A program made the position numbers and the translations under genes. The notes under the pieces were generated by a model. The model was not told the DNA's origin. It saw only the letters and a program-made list of their open reading frames with translations, and made no database searches. DNA of 64,000 bases from NCBI GenBank assembly GCA_000182565.2, contig KQ257458.1. One strand, given 5' to 3'. Shown here piece after piece: positions 49,642 to 62,546 of the stretch (positions within the stretch are counted from its first letter, which is position 1; each line of letters starts with the position of its first letter). This DNA comes from Spizellomyces punctatus DAOM BR117 (lineage: Eukaryota).

Positions 49642-52600
49642 ATGGCATCGCAGCGCAAGCGGTCAAGCAAGGACAAGATCGCTACGAGGTCACTACCCGT
49701 TAGTTTCGAGACGGAGCAACAAGATCGTCCCAGTGACTTCAAATCGCCAATTTTAGCCCAATCTCCTGATGAAGGCGATAATCATGAGAGTTACATTGTC
49801 AACCCCCTCTATGAACGGCCTGACATTGAGTTGTCCGCAATGCATGAGCAAGGGTCCCATAGCGGCGCACTTCAAAACATATTTGTTCCCAGGCGGGAAA
49901 CCACTTCCACACCCAGATCTGCTGGAGTAAGATCGCCGGAAGCACGGCAGCGAGGTAATACTGTCGAATCGCCTACTATGCGATCCCGAACAGCCAGTAT
50001 GTCATCATTTAGCGCGAAGCTAGTTGGGAGAAGTAAGCCAAAAGTTATGCCAGTTAGCGACGATCAAGATCAACTGTTCAACGATGGGGATAATCATAGT
50101 GCTGACAGCAAAAGGGTGAGCCTCTAATGCTGCCTGCCTCATAGAGTTGTCATCCTAACAGTCAAATGAAGGTGTCCCTGACTGCACGGGCATTGAGCGA
50201 CAGCTCTTTAGGTTTTACTTCCGCATATACGGTCGCCCAAATGCCCGGGAGCTTACAGCCCGTGAAGGGAGGAAAGTTGAACACATCGATCGCATTTGAC
50301 GGGTCTGCCCCGGTAGAGTGAACCCTGCGATATTGAGATGTCATCGCTATCAGAACTTCTGAAACACGTTCGTTTGAGCTTAGAATATTAGAGCTTTAGA
50401 TAGCGATCAAGGCAAAGAGTTACAGAGCCTCCGATCTGCTCGTGCTTCAAATAGTACGATCGGCAGCACAACTGGCTTGATGACTGGCCACGGTCGAGTA
50501 GGAAGCATCATGAAAATGGCTGGCGTGAAGGAAGTGATAAATGAAAATGGTCAGTTCCAGCTTCGAATCCTGTAATGAAATTGAGCTTTGTAAACAAATA
50601 CCTTTGCAGAGAATCAAAACATCAAATACTCAAGAGTTGTGACGATGGATTCTTCTGGTGAAACTCCAAACCAACGTCGTGACGACACAGCCAGTCCCAA
50701 GCGTAAACAGCGTATTCTTGTGCGCACTGGGAAGCGCTTTCTCATTGGACATATTCGGAAGAGTCTCGAAAGCGACTCATTTAACATCACGTCATCCACT
50801 GGAATGAACTCCGCGCAGCCATTGAACAAGATAAAGTGCACAATATCCGGCCATGGCTCGCCGCTACATCTCGCTCCGTCATCTTTCGTCGTCATTCCAA
50901 CGCAACACTGGTCATCGCGTGATCCTCTTCGTGTTGGCGAGCCCATCATTGCGCGGATCGTCAACGAGGAGTATGCACTAGCCACGGTGCTAGGAGGGTA
51001 TAAAGAAAAGATTCTGGTTCAATTCGTTAGCGGCGGATGTAATTTGGTAGCTCCGTCGGATATAATCCGTAATCTGGTGTTGGATGCGGAGAAGCTTCCC
51101 ATCATCAAACTTCAACACAGGGAAGCGAGAAAGATTGCCACAATAGCTGCTTTTCTGAGCGCGGTGGAGATTGCTTTAGCAGTCTTACTATTATTTGTAA
51201 AGTTACCAAGTGATTATACCATGAAAGACGATGGATGGTTGAACACAAGTAAGTTTGGAGCATGCTATGATCACCGAAGCGCGCAATGTTTACACATCCC
51301 GTTACAGTTCAAACAGCTGTCGCTGTCCTCACAGCTTTAATATGCGTGAAATGTTTATACCTATCTTATTCTGTCACTGTCGATTTCAGCGAAACCACCA
51401 AATGGTTCATCACATACAAGATGATCGTTCTCTGCTTCTTCGACGTACTGTCGCTGAGCGCGGCATCGATTCCTCGGGCTTTGTTGACTGGTGGAGGAAT
51501 GCTTTTAAGAATAGGGCAGCTCACCTGGTTACACATGCATCCTAAGATGGTCTCACATTATCGTCGAATGCGCCGAGAAATTCAGAATAGTTTCCAAGAA
51601 CTCCGGCACCGCCATTTGGAGATGACGAACTCAAGGGGAGATACGTTATATCGTAAGAACATGGTATCGTGGAAGTTCTTTGGAACACTGTCGATTACCT
51701 TTACGATATTCCTTGGAGTGGTATTGGGCTTGGAGCTTTGGAGATTGATCACGAATCAGAACCCAATGCTAAACTTGGAGCAGTTGGGAGTACTCAGACA
51801 AACGGTTGCTGGAGAGCAGGAGCGGCAAGGCGTTTCGAAACTGGGAAATCCAACGGGATTGAAAGCGTTTCTAGTGATATTAGACGGAATGCGGGCAGAC
51901 CATCTTCAATCCAACAAGGATTTCAAAGATTTGCTACAGGACCCAAGTATCAAAAATGATTTGATGGTAGCACCGATGATGGTAATGGTCATGCGTAACT
52001 TCAGATTTGAGGAGGCAAATCCTCACGCTCTTGCCGCACACAGGTGCAACTTCCTAGCATGTCGGTTCCAAACTGGCTCACGTTCATTACGGGAAGTCCA
52101 CCCTGGATGACAGGAGTAATTGGCAATGCGGCCGTTCAACTCTCCTCATTTGACAGTATCTTCTCCCTGGCCTTTACTAGCAACCGTACAACGGGGTACG
52201 TGCATTTACTTTGTTTTTGAGTATCAGATACTGACATTCGCGTGTGTAGTTTGACTGGATCTAGCTGGTTTGGTGACCTTGTCGAAAGTTACTTGGACCT
52301 GACGAGCATGGGAACAAACGATGCAGGATTTGGATACCAACAGGGTGTCGCTAACTCCCAATTTGCTGATACCCAGCGGGAGAATGCTGTTGAGCAGATA
52401 GTCTCCAGAAGACAACAGTATGAATTTTATTTGGCTCATTTTTCGGATATTGATGAAAGGTAATACTATACTTGACGTACGCAGTCAAAGATGCTCTGAA
52501 TTTTAATCCACATTTGAATAGGGGGCATCTCTCCGGCGTGACAAGAGAATATAATGAACTGGATACCTACAACAAAGCGGTTTCGGATAAGGCACAGATA

Positions 52601-54268
52601 CTGCGAAATGTGTTCACAAATATCGGTAATGATACTGTGGTCATAGTTGTTGCGGACCATGGACACGTAGGTAAGAAACGAAGTCTGCTATGGAAGACGG
52701 TACCGTTGCTGACTTATGTTCTATTATTCTTGCATGTAGATTCAGGAGGTACGCCTAGCTCAACTAATTTCTGCATTTTCACTATGCCTACTGACAGCGG
52801 TTTTATTAGGCCATGGAGGAACCAATCCGGTGTTAATGAACACATTCATGCTGACGTATATGAAGAGCTCTAACTTGGGTCGTCGAGCACTGGATCCTTT
52901 TAATCCATTCAATTCTGTGGACGTAGCGCCGACCATTTGCGCATTGCTAGGTATCATCCCACTTGTAACAAAAGAGTTAGTTCATCCGACCCTCCGCTAA
53001 AAACGCTTATTCCCTCCAGGTCTGCCAATGCCAGCAAATAACATAGGGCGCATTCGACATGAAATCTCAACACAGATCATCACCTCGCTTAACCAAGATG
53101 AGGCCCTTTATCAATGGGAAGCTCAACAAAGAGGGTTGCGTCAAGTCTTTGACTCCATGCTGGGCACATCCTTTTATACCCAAGCCCTAGGAAACGGCAC
53201 CTTGGACACATCGAAAGACTTTTCCGAGGCGGTTTCAAATGCCTATCGAAAAAATGTGGTCCCAAATGTGTTGTTGCTGACCTTGTACGCTATTTTGATG
53301 TTCATCGCCTTGTGTGCATTCGTCACCAGAACGACGGGCGTCGACTCGCCTGCCCGTCTTTTGATCAAGGCTTTATATCAGACAAAATTTGGGAAAGGGC
53401 GACGTGCGGCAACTGATGTGAAGAGAACCAATTCTCAGGACGGACGGGCTTTCAAGATTGCGGTGCTGTTAGTCGCTGCTTATCATTGCATTACCTTTGT
53501 GGTCTACATTGTTGGCTGGAGAATGAAGGGAAAGTATGATTGGGATTCAACGACCATTCATCATCCAAACCGTAAGTATATTGCCGTCAGTTTTCCGTTG
53601 AGAACTATTTCAAACTATTTCCATATCTCTTTCCTTCAGAGATGGTCATTATGGCGCTGCTTACCTTTATTCCTGGAGCCATCCTCGAATATATTATCGC
53701 TCGCACGATCACGTATCGTTGTCAGTTTCCTCATGACTCCCTTCCGCATACCTACAAGGCTGCACCGCCGGAAGAACCTGACCTTGAGCAAGCAGCAGCG
53801 ATTGCAAGTGGCACAACTGGCGATATTCACGGCTCTATATTTTCTCTCCGGTCGGCGATTTATCTCCGCTTTAATTGGGCCTGGGTGCGAGCTCTGCCAC
53901 AGCAAATGTTCGAAAGTATCAGCCGAGTTGCATACTTCCAATTAGCCCCACGTATTCCACGGCAAGGTAATGCGGAACTTGTGACGAAAATCCACATTTA
54001 CTCATTTTTGCTGGAGGTACTCTTCTTGCTTTCCTGTTTTGTCCTCACTGGTTGGTATGGAGGTATCATAAAGTTCGTTCGAGGAGTTGCCTACATAGAT
54101 GTGATGGAATGGCAGCTTCGATTCAGGAGTTTATGTCTCATGTTCATGGGTTTACCTTCCCTTATTGGAAAAGTTATCCTATGCTGCAGCGCGCTGAGAA
54201 AGTTGACATGGTTCGGAGTATGTGATCTGGCAGAGGACGAGGAAGAAATGGAAGTAGAAAAATTGTAA
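49642..54268 (+). CDS. Multi-pass membrane protein with an alkaline-phosphatase-superfamily (phosphodiesterase-like) domain
   Basis: FLVILDGMRAD, QLPSMSVPNWLTFITG, AHFSDIDER/GH, VVADHGHV/DSG/GHGG, DVAPTICALLG, with TM helices on both sides. Joining the 5' exons (49642-50600) to this gene is inferred. Confidence 0.7.
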
Positions 54269-54509
54269 TACACTTTTGTGGTTAAAAGATTACCTGCAAA
54301 ATAGAATTATGCAAATAATGCAACATCGTATCCAAAGTCCTAAGGCGTGATTGAGGTACCGTGGTAGAGTTTGAATTTTGTGGGCGGTGTTGACTCTTGC
54401 CTGCCCTTTCTGTGACCGCGTACGGACCAACACCGCCCACAGAATTCAAAGGGTCCGCCCGGTATCAACCGCAACGCGAACTGATTTCGTTTTCAAGCAG
54501 CGATTCTGC

Positions 54510-55031
54510 TCAGAAGTTCGACGGCGGAATGGCAGAATGGTACTGAGACTCTATCTGTACTGACAGCTTGTCGGTAGGTGTGTCTGTAAGTTTCAGTATA
54601 TTGGCGCGTCGTCGTATTAATGCATCTACAAGTGCGTCGAAGAACCAAACTGAGCTATCATCAATAAATTTTCCGATCAGAAGAGCGAATGGTTGTACAC
54701 ATGGGGTCGGAAAGGGCATCGGCTGTGCCAAACTCTGCATGTTTCTTGAGTTACCGGCATTCAGAGAGCAATAACGCACCGCGATATGGGTTTGATCAGC
54801 AGCCGCTCCATCTCGCTTATGGCAGCACATGAGGTTTGGCATTTGCTTGTCTCTCTTGATTTGCGGGAACATCAATCGTATCAAATCGCTCGCTGGGATC
54901 ATATATTTCTGCTCATTGTCAGAAATGTTCCATTTCTTGTGTTCAGGAGGTTTTCGGAGGAAAGAGTCTACAAGAGCACTTATTGTTCTTATGTCTGCAG
55001 CGGGACAAATGTGTTTTACAACGTCGTCCAC
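54510..55031 (-). other. Unassigned 173-aa ORF (possible hypothetical exon or relic)
   Basis: Open frame only, with no recognisable motif. Confidence 0.2.
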
Positions 55032-55380
55032 TTACATGCACCTGCAAATGCCTAGTGATCTGCCGCAAAGGCGGTCATGAACCTAGATATAAAGTGACGT
55101 TGTCTTGCGGAAAAAAAAAGGGCAATCATATCCAACACATTATTCGCAACGTCTTGCAGTTTGAAATAAATGCTTTATTGCCAGAGCCATAGTAAGACAT
55201 CATTTCATTTAAATTCTAATGTTTGTCTGATCGGCCTCCGTTTTTGGGTATCTTTTATGCGCCGTGGTATATTGATCACGCTCACGTAATCTAAGCGAGT
55301 TACTGCGCGTTAGCCATTCCGATGCAAAGGTATTTTAACTTTTCGCAGCATATAATATCATACCTGCTCTGCTCCTCTGC

Positions 55381-56445
55381 TCACACATTGTGGTCTTCGC
55401 TCATAGTATCCCGCTTTGAAGCGATAATGGTAGGTCCTTTGTCATCCGTGGTCTTGGTCCTTGCTATTGTTGAATCTGTCGGCTTTTTCGAGTTGGATGT
55501 CGTCGTCGTCGTCGTGCTGGGAGAAAGCTTTTCAATGCACTCTTGGAAACGAGTCGAGTCCGTGAGAATAATCATCAAAATGAAGGATGGACAGAGAATT
55601 GGATAGTTCCAATTTTTCAAGTACGGAATGATGTTCCCGAGCGAAACATAAATGAGTGCAATGTTCACTATGTAGGCTGCGGACCTCAGCAGCCCTTTCG
55701 CGTAGAGCACAAGTTTAATCTTGTTTGTGTCTCCGGATTTTAGAGTGGCTGCTTTGACTTGAATTATCTTGTACTGAATCATCAAGAATAGGATTGATTC
55801 GACGAGGCTGTAGTAAATCAGAACGACGATCTCCATCCTCGAAGAGATCTCAGATCGCAACGTTCCGTAGTTTGCTTTGATATTCATTCCCCTTTGCAAT
55901 GAAAAAAGTGTAAGTGCTTGTCCTCTCACCATTTATATGACAAATATGAAACGGACAGCGCATCATCAAGGATAGTATATCCGATCAACGCAGATTAACA
56001 CCTACCAGTAGTACGAAGCTGCCCCGTGAATGAAGCCTTGTGTCAAGGCCACACAAGTCGCCGCTTTCGCAGTATGAGGAAACCTTGGAGCCAGAATTAA
56101 GGTCGCACGATAGGCGCTGTGAAATACGAGCGACGTAAAGGCACCAACGTAGGTGACCTTTCAATCAACTTTTAGAATCAGTTAACCTCGTAACGCGTAC
56201 TCGGTACTCACCTGGGTGACTATCATGAGGTTCGCAAACTTTTCGAAGTTCCCAACGATGAGGCTCTCCCACGCTTTGCTCACGGTTATCGTCGCGATGA
56301 ACATCAAGCAGGCGTAGCTAATGATGGAACCAAGCAGGAACTTGTTCCTCACTTTCTCAATCTGGTCAATAAAGGTGATACACACTACCACTATGGCAAT
56401 CGTGCCCCCTTTCGATATGTTGGCAATGTGTTCAAAGTTGTCCAT
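55381..56445 (-). CDS. Multi-TM (about 6-7 helices) receptor-like hypothetical protein, 3 exons
   Basis: Hydrophobic ORFs 56182-56445 and 55381-55932 plus a middle exon (about 56004-56157) with GT-AG borders, and a Ser/Thr-rich cytosolic tail. Confidence 0.6.
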
Positions 56446-58295
56446 TGCAATGAAAGTTTAAACAAAGAGAGGGAGTAGGTATAACGGAAGTGAATTCACG
56501 ATGTTCAGTCCTAGGGAGACGGTCAGAAGCGAGGCTTTTATGCACGCTCACTCAGTCCCCAAACACTGAAGACGAGGCCTGGGACGCACGCTGAGCATAA
56601 ACAAAAGCAAGCAGAAACAATACGCGGCGTTGCATCCTGCCATTCCCAGCCACAAAACAACTCCGAAAGGTATGGGGGAGGGCAGGATCAGCAATAGTTG
56701 CTGGGCGTATTTGAGTAATTGAACCAATACATGTCTGCATTCGCCAACACTTGACTTGGCTGGATCCGCACGCGAATGATATGCACGCTCCATCACCAGG
56801 GGAGTTCAGGGGGATTACGACGTTGCAAAGGCGTGCAGTCAGCAAGAAGCTAGAGGAATTCATTCATGCTGCAAACCACCGAACAGTGTGGTTTCAGCAG
56901 CCGCGTCCCCAGCGTCAGAATGTCCCTCTTACGACTGTCACCGTTGAGCTGGTTGGTGAGCCAGGGCCAATTCACACCAGAAAAGATTGACTCCCGTTGG
57001 AACCGCTCATAATATCCAACTTGAGCCATGGCTGAATCCAAAGTTAGAATCTCGATTATAATGTGCCAAGGGATTAACATCATTCAGAGGAATCCAAGGG
57101 TCGAGGTAAACAGTCAAACAAACCAGAAGGCGCAGGCGCTGAATGAACCAAAAGTGGGTGACAAAGTCCGACGATCCGATAATTGTACGCGTGGTCTGTT
57201 TTGTTTACGATATGGCACGATAAGAATTCCAGGAACGTAGGTAACTGTCGTGCGCTGGGGGACGGAGTCGAGTTTCTCCGGCTGACCACAATTAGTGGCT
57301 TAGTCACGCGCACGCCACTGGTTAACTTAAAGAATGTCAATGGGGGACAAGCATTTAAGACAATGGAGATTATCGTCAACTCTGCATTATTATTTTGTTA
57401 ATTATCAATACGCATAACTCACATGACGATAAGCGCCAAGCTAATCGTGATTGAGGATGCAAAGTGACATCCTAAGTATGATTGCCAAAATAACTTTGTC
57501 CAAGAATAATCAGCATTGTACGTGCATGGAGGGCTATCGGACTCAAGGTCATTAAAATAACTCTACTAAATAAAGGAACGAGCTCTAGCTTGGCTGTCTC
57601 AAATTATTGTGATTAATACAAACACAGAATGCAAGGCCCATAACGTTAGCCAGGAGCAATGGGAGGAGCATGGGACCTGGGCGGGAAGGGATATATTAGC
57701 TAAAAGAAGAATCAGTTAGTAATGCAATATCGAGACAAAGTGGGGTAGACAATTGACCAAGGCCCAAAGCCAGCGTGAAAATGGGGTCGCCGCCTGTCCA
57801 GAAATTCCGTATCGTTTCTGACTCTCATTCCCATTGGAAAACTATCCCCGCCCAAGCTGGATGTCATCCGGGTTTAGAGCTGGACATTGCACTCTACAAA
57901 TCAGATCCGCACAACATCTGTCCTATATTATACATATTCCCTTACTGAAGGATATAAATGATTCCCTCATACGTTCGTCATCAGCATGATATATTATCCC
58001 TGATTTTCGCTATTGTTTGACATGCTGCAACTATCAACTAAAATGGGTTGCAAGGGATGAAACTGCATTCGGAGGGTATTATTCGCTTATCTACCTATTA
58101 TGCTATCGTCGTCACAGTATACTGGAGTGACTTTAAGCCAACATGGGATGCTGGAAGCTGGAAGCCCGCAGCAAGCTGTTTGTTAGATGCACGCTGTGGT
58201 CGATGATTCATCACGTGACACTACCAATGCAATTGCATGAAGTCTCGAAGCCAGATGCATGAGGGATCTAGCCCGCAACGTTGTATCAAGCGAAA

Positions 58296-59494
58296 ATGAA
58301 CGGTGAAGCAGATAATCCGGAAGAGCTATCTCACCTTCTCTCGTCGCTCTCTACCAATCACCCCGAAACATTTGACGCAACTGCCTCCAACCACCTGGAT
58401 GAGCTGCTCTCGTCGTCGGCTTCCGTCAGGTTCTTGAAAGGGATCGCTGCCCGTGACTGTCAGCGTGAAGGGCTCAAAGAAGTTACGTCCGAGGCAGATG
58501 AGATTCTGGAAGCTGACTATATTTACGAAGGTAAGGAGTGTAGCAAGATTGGTCATCCCTAGATTGAGGAGCTCAAGCGTGAATTCTGCAAAATCCTGAT
58601 GTTGTAGCAAAACGGCTGTCCAGTATCCTTGATACTTTGAGAGTTAGTAGACAGCACCTGTCGAAGGGCGGCGAAGCAAATTTGGATGCCTTGACAAATC
58701 TAGCCATGATATTAGGACTTGGCGAAACAAATGCTGTCAGGTATACCAGTGCTACCCAAGTTGGTTGGTTTGGAACTTCCTAACGCGAAACAGCTTCCAG
58801 TGTGCCATGACAGATCTCCTCATAGAAGAGCAGGAGGCTGAAGAAAACCATGTACGTCAAGCAAAGCTACTTGAGTCGCTGGAACGGCGAATGCACGACG
58901 TCGATGAATATTCTGGACGAGTGGCTAGGTGAGTGCAAAGAATGTTGTTATTATACTTGGCATATATTTTCTGAGAGAACCGATCGTTCTTAGTATATTT
59001 TCAGAACTCCAAGAGGGGGAAGAAGTGGATAACCAGCGGCTGCTGGAATACAATCGAAATACAGACGTTCTGCGGCAAAAGGGTCACGAATATAACAATA
59101 GGCTGGCCGAGCTAGAGGTGAGGGCGCCGTTCCATAAGTCTATGTGGGCCCTTGACTGCGTATTCTCGAGGCTCTGTTCTGATAACCCTGCATAGGCTCT
59201 TATACCCCCAGATATCGATCTTTATCGTCATGACACCATCTTGGCCCTGCAGTCTGAGGTTGACGCGATGGCCAATGAACTGGAAAAGAAGGACATCACT
59301 CTGCGAAGCTTCTGCGATTTGCCTCCAGACATGGCGCTAGCTCGACTAAAGCTTACCGAGCGAAGACAGGAGCTGGTACGCACCTTCTTCAGTAGAATTG
59401 TTCTGTTGAAATTACTGATTCGCTTTGCATTTAGGCACGCCTTATAGAGAATAAACAGGCAGTGCTCAGCTCTATTGCACATGGTATTTCATGA
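58296..59494 (+). CDS. HAUS1: Augmin subunit HAUS1-like coiled-coil protein, multi-exon
   Basis: DYIYE/AKRLSSIL, LDALTNLAMILGL, SFQCAMTDL, QKGHEYNNRL, SFCDLPPDMALARLKL. Confidence 0.72.
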
Positions 59495-59847
59495 GCTACG
59501 AATGCTGGTATCTGATCGGTTAGGCGCTATTTGCACAATAGGGGCTCAAATTCCAGGCATTCCATGATGGCATTCCAAGTGGAAGACTTGCGCCAATCCT
59601 ATCGGAACATGTACTGTATATACTATTTATATTATTTAGGATATCGATATCCACCAGTGCCTTTCAGGATAATTAATATCAAAGTTTGCTTTAATTAATA
59701 ATTTACAGAATACATCAGTTAGCGCCATGTTTTATAGAACACTGTCCTCAAGTCACCGATGTGTTCATTTCCTCAGCATATTTACCACACGACCCATATT
59801 TTTATATCCAATATACATTTGAAGTATCTACAAGAAATGCAGTGTGG

Positions 59848-61617
59848 TTAGACCACAACTGCAACACGACTCTTCTTCGGAGCATTCGTACTGGAAGGTA
59901 AAGAGGTACGTTTCCGAATCGAAGCGGCAGCGGTACCGTCCTCCAGACGGTTCTTCATGTCAATATCGATGGTTGTCAGATAATTGAGAGTAGGAAGCGC
60001 ATTGCCCAAAGGTGGAAGCTTGTGGAGCGAATTCATGATGGGCGGAAGCGTAGAGTCATTCGAAGTCGAGTTACTGTTGGCTGCTCGAACCGTACATTGG
60101 GAGACCTCGAAAGGGGAATGAATGCAAGATCCAGTATCAATATCAGGGGAAGGTAACGGAGAAGGTAAAAGATTGGTGATGGCGCTGGTGATATTTTTCC
60201 TGTCCATATTGTCAACAGTACCCTGTCGCTCGGTGCGCTGTGTTGCCATTGGACATCTTCTGGCTGTTGTTGGTCCAGTTTTCTCAGAGAAGGACCAATA
60301 CCCCCCTTTATACTCGTTCTCGTTGAGACGGAAGAAGCAAGTGTTCACAGACAGAGCGTGTCGAACCGCGTTCCTCCAGTTATGTCCTTTCTTGCCCGAT
60401 CTCACCCGATAATAAGGATGTGTACGAGCGATTTCGGCGTAGATGTCGGAGACACTATCAAATCTGAACTATAAGGCACTGAATGATGAAGCATTTACAG
60501 TATGCTGTTCAACTCACAGTAACTTGGTCTTGCCAGACGATTTGAATGCACCAATGATCAGGTTTGCCCAAGACAAGTTTGGCCGCATGTGTACACGATC
60601 CATGTCCATGGGCTCCATTGATGGATCGGGAGTCCTAGTTATAGGGCAAGGCACCTTTGGTGTTTTACTGAGCACGGATGAGCCGGCCGACCCATTCATG
60701 CAAACCCCTGATATAGCCAAGCCAAGATAGGAAGGGCATCCGGCAACTGCTCCCGCGATGCGAGGGCAATAGATATCACTTGACCGAGAGGGAAGAGCTA
60801 ATCCCGCATGTCGCCCAGTGACAATTGGTGAAGGTACATTTGGTCGAAGGAAGCAGAATCGCGCGTTGTCCAGCCGAAAGGTAGAGAACGTTTCCAAGAC
60901 CGCCGGATGACTGTTCTGACTAAATGTATTGATCCCGACCGTCACGGTCCCCTGTCCACATACACGAAGTTCAAAACGCTGGGCAAACGGGTTCCATTCA
61001 ATGACAATATAAGGACGTTGCTGGGAAGCAGTGCCAAGATTAATAGTAAACCTGGGGCCATATCCAATTCTACAGAGACGATTAGTAAGATCAATGCTAT
61101 ACAGCACGGAAACACTGGATTGTAGAATGCTAACAGCGTCGATATTCTTACCTTACAGGTGCCGTATAATCCCCTATTACAGTGATCTCCCCTTCGAAAT
61201 TTCCATGGGTAATGCAACGATTTGGAGACCGGGGGGGTGTGTCATTTGTAGGAGGCTGATGCTTCTTGACAGTATTTTCTTTGTCCTCCAAGAAGGCCGC
61301 TTCCAGTAAAAGAGTAAATCCATCCTTTGTGGTAGGTTTACTGGCAACAGGAGATGAACAAGCCGTGGAAAGTTCGGAAGAAGGCAGGGAACCGCTGGCA
61401 ACAGAATACATGTCGAATGATGGAAGACGACTGCGTACACAAGTAGCGGGTAATGCAAAGGGGAATGTTGGCGATGGAGCTGCAGAGGGCTCGTCTGCTG
61501 AAAGATATTAGGAACCCGTGGAGGTTAATGTGTGAAGTGTCCTCTTCAAAAAGGCCAACGTGCTGCGAGAAGACGAGGAATACCTGTTATTTCAACTAAA
61601 TCCATAATGTTCGCCAT
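59848..61617 (-). CDS. Forkhead transcription factor with a divergent FHA-like domain (Fkh/Fhl1/FoxK architecture)
   Basis: RPNLSWANLIIGAF...SDIYAEIARTHPYY...WRNAVRHALSVNTCFFRL...GGYW, with an upstream beta-rich IEWNPFAQRFELRVCGQGTVTV. Confidence 0.82.
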
Positions 61618-62546
61618 CTCAAGTGGTCCCAGTGGTCGATGGTAATTTCAGATGGGACACAATATAGTACAAAGCATATACAGAAAGGTGGTAACCTAGC
61701 GGACGACGGAAGCGGAGTCGTTGCTCGGCCCCTTTTATGTCCTTCAGTGTTCAATACTTGGGCACATCAGATTGCTGCAAGTGGCTTGAACATCCGGTCC
61801 CGCCAAGACAAAAAAAAAAGTGACAAAGGCAGCAAAAAGCTTCTATGGGGAAGGCGCAGTAGGCAACCCCCACAGCGTCATTGCCGATACAAATGATGTG
61901 GGACACCCAAGGCATTATTATACTCAGTCGCATGTAGATAAGCAAACCTTCTAAAAGTGTGCGCGGATGTCTAGTGGGGCGAACGCAAACAAAAGCCCTG
62001 CCCACGCGGAGTTCTTTTTGCGCGCTACGGACATGTGCCAATGAGAGGTTGGAAGTTGGAATGCGGCATGAAGGGGATTTTGGTGAAAGACGCAAATCAT
62101 TCTGTAAATGATTCTTAAACTCCGCTATCGATAACTGCGCTCGTGGGTTGTATCAATCCCGGAAAAGATATAACCGGCCCAACACATTCCTGTAAACTTG
62201 GGAACGTGACGGGAAGGTTCACGGCGAAAAAGTGGCTCCTGAATTTAAAAACCCGCCGCTGCGCGGCGGATGCACGAGCGGCTAGTTGGATCTTCAACGG
62301 AAGTGATGAGATTTCCCGCCTGGATTGACCAACGCTAATCCGGACAGACTACTGCGCACCACCGCGCTTGAAATACACATTCAATACGGAATCAAAAAAA
62401 TTCACTAGTCGACGAGGCTTCCGCCATACAGCCACTGAGGTGTTTTGCAGCATTTGTTGAGCTTGATTGTTAGAGGGCTCACAGACGACGGTTAAATTAG
62501 AGCATACTCAATCGCCACGCAAGACCAGTTATATGTACACTTTATT

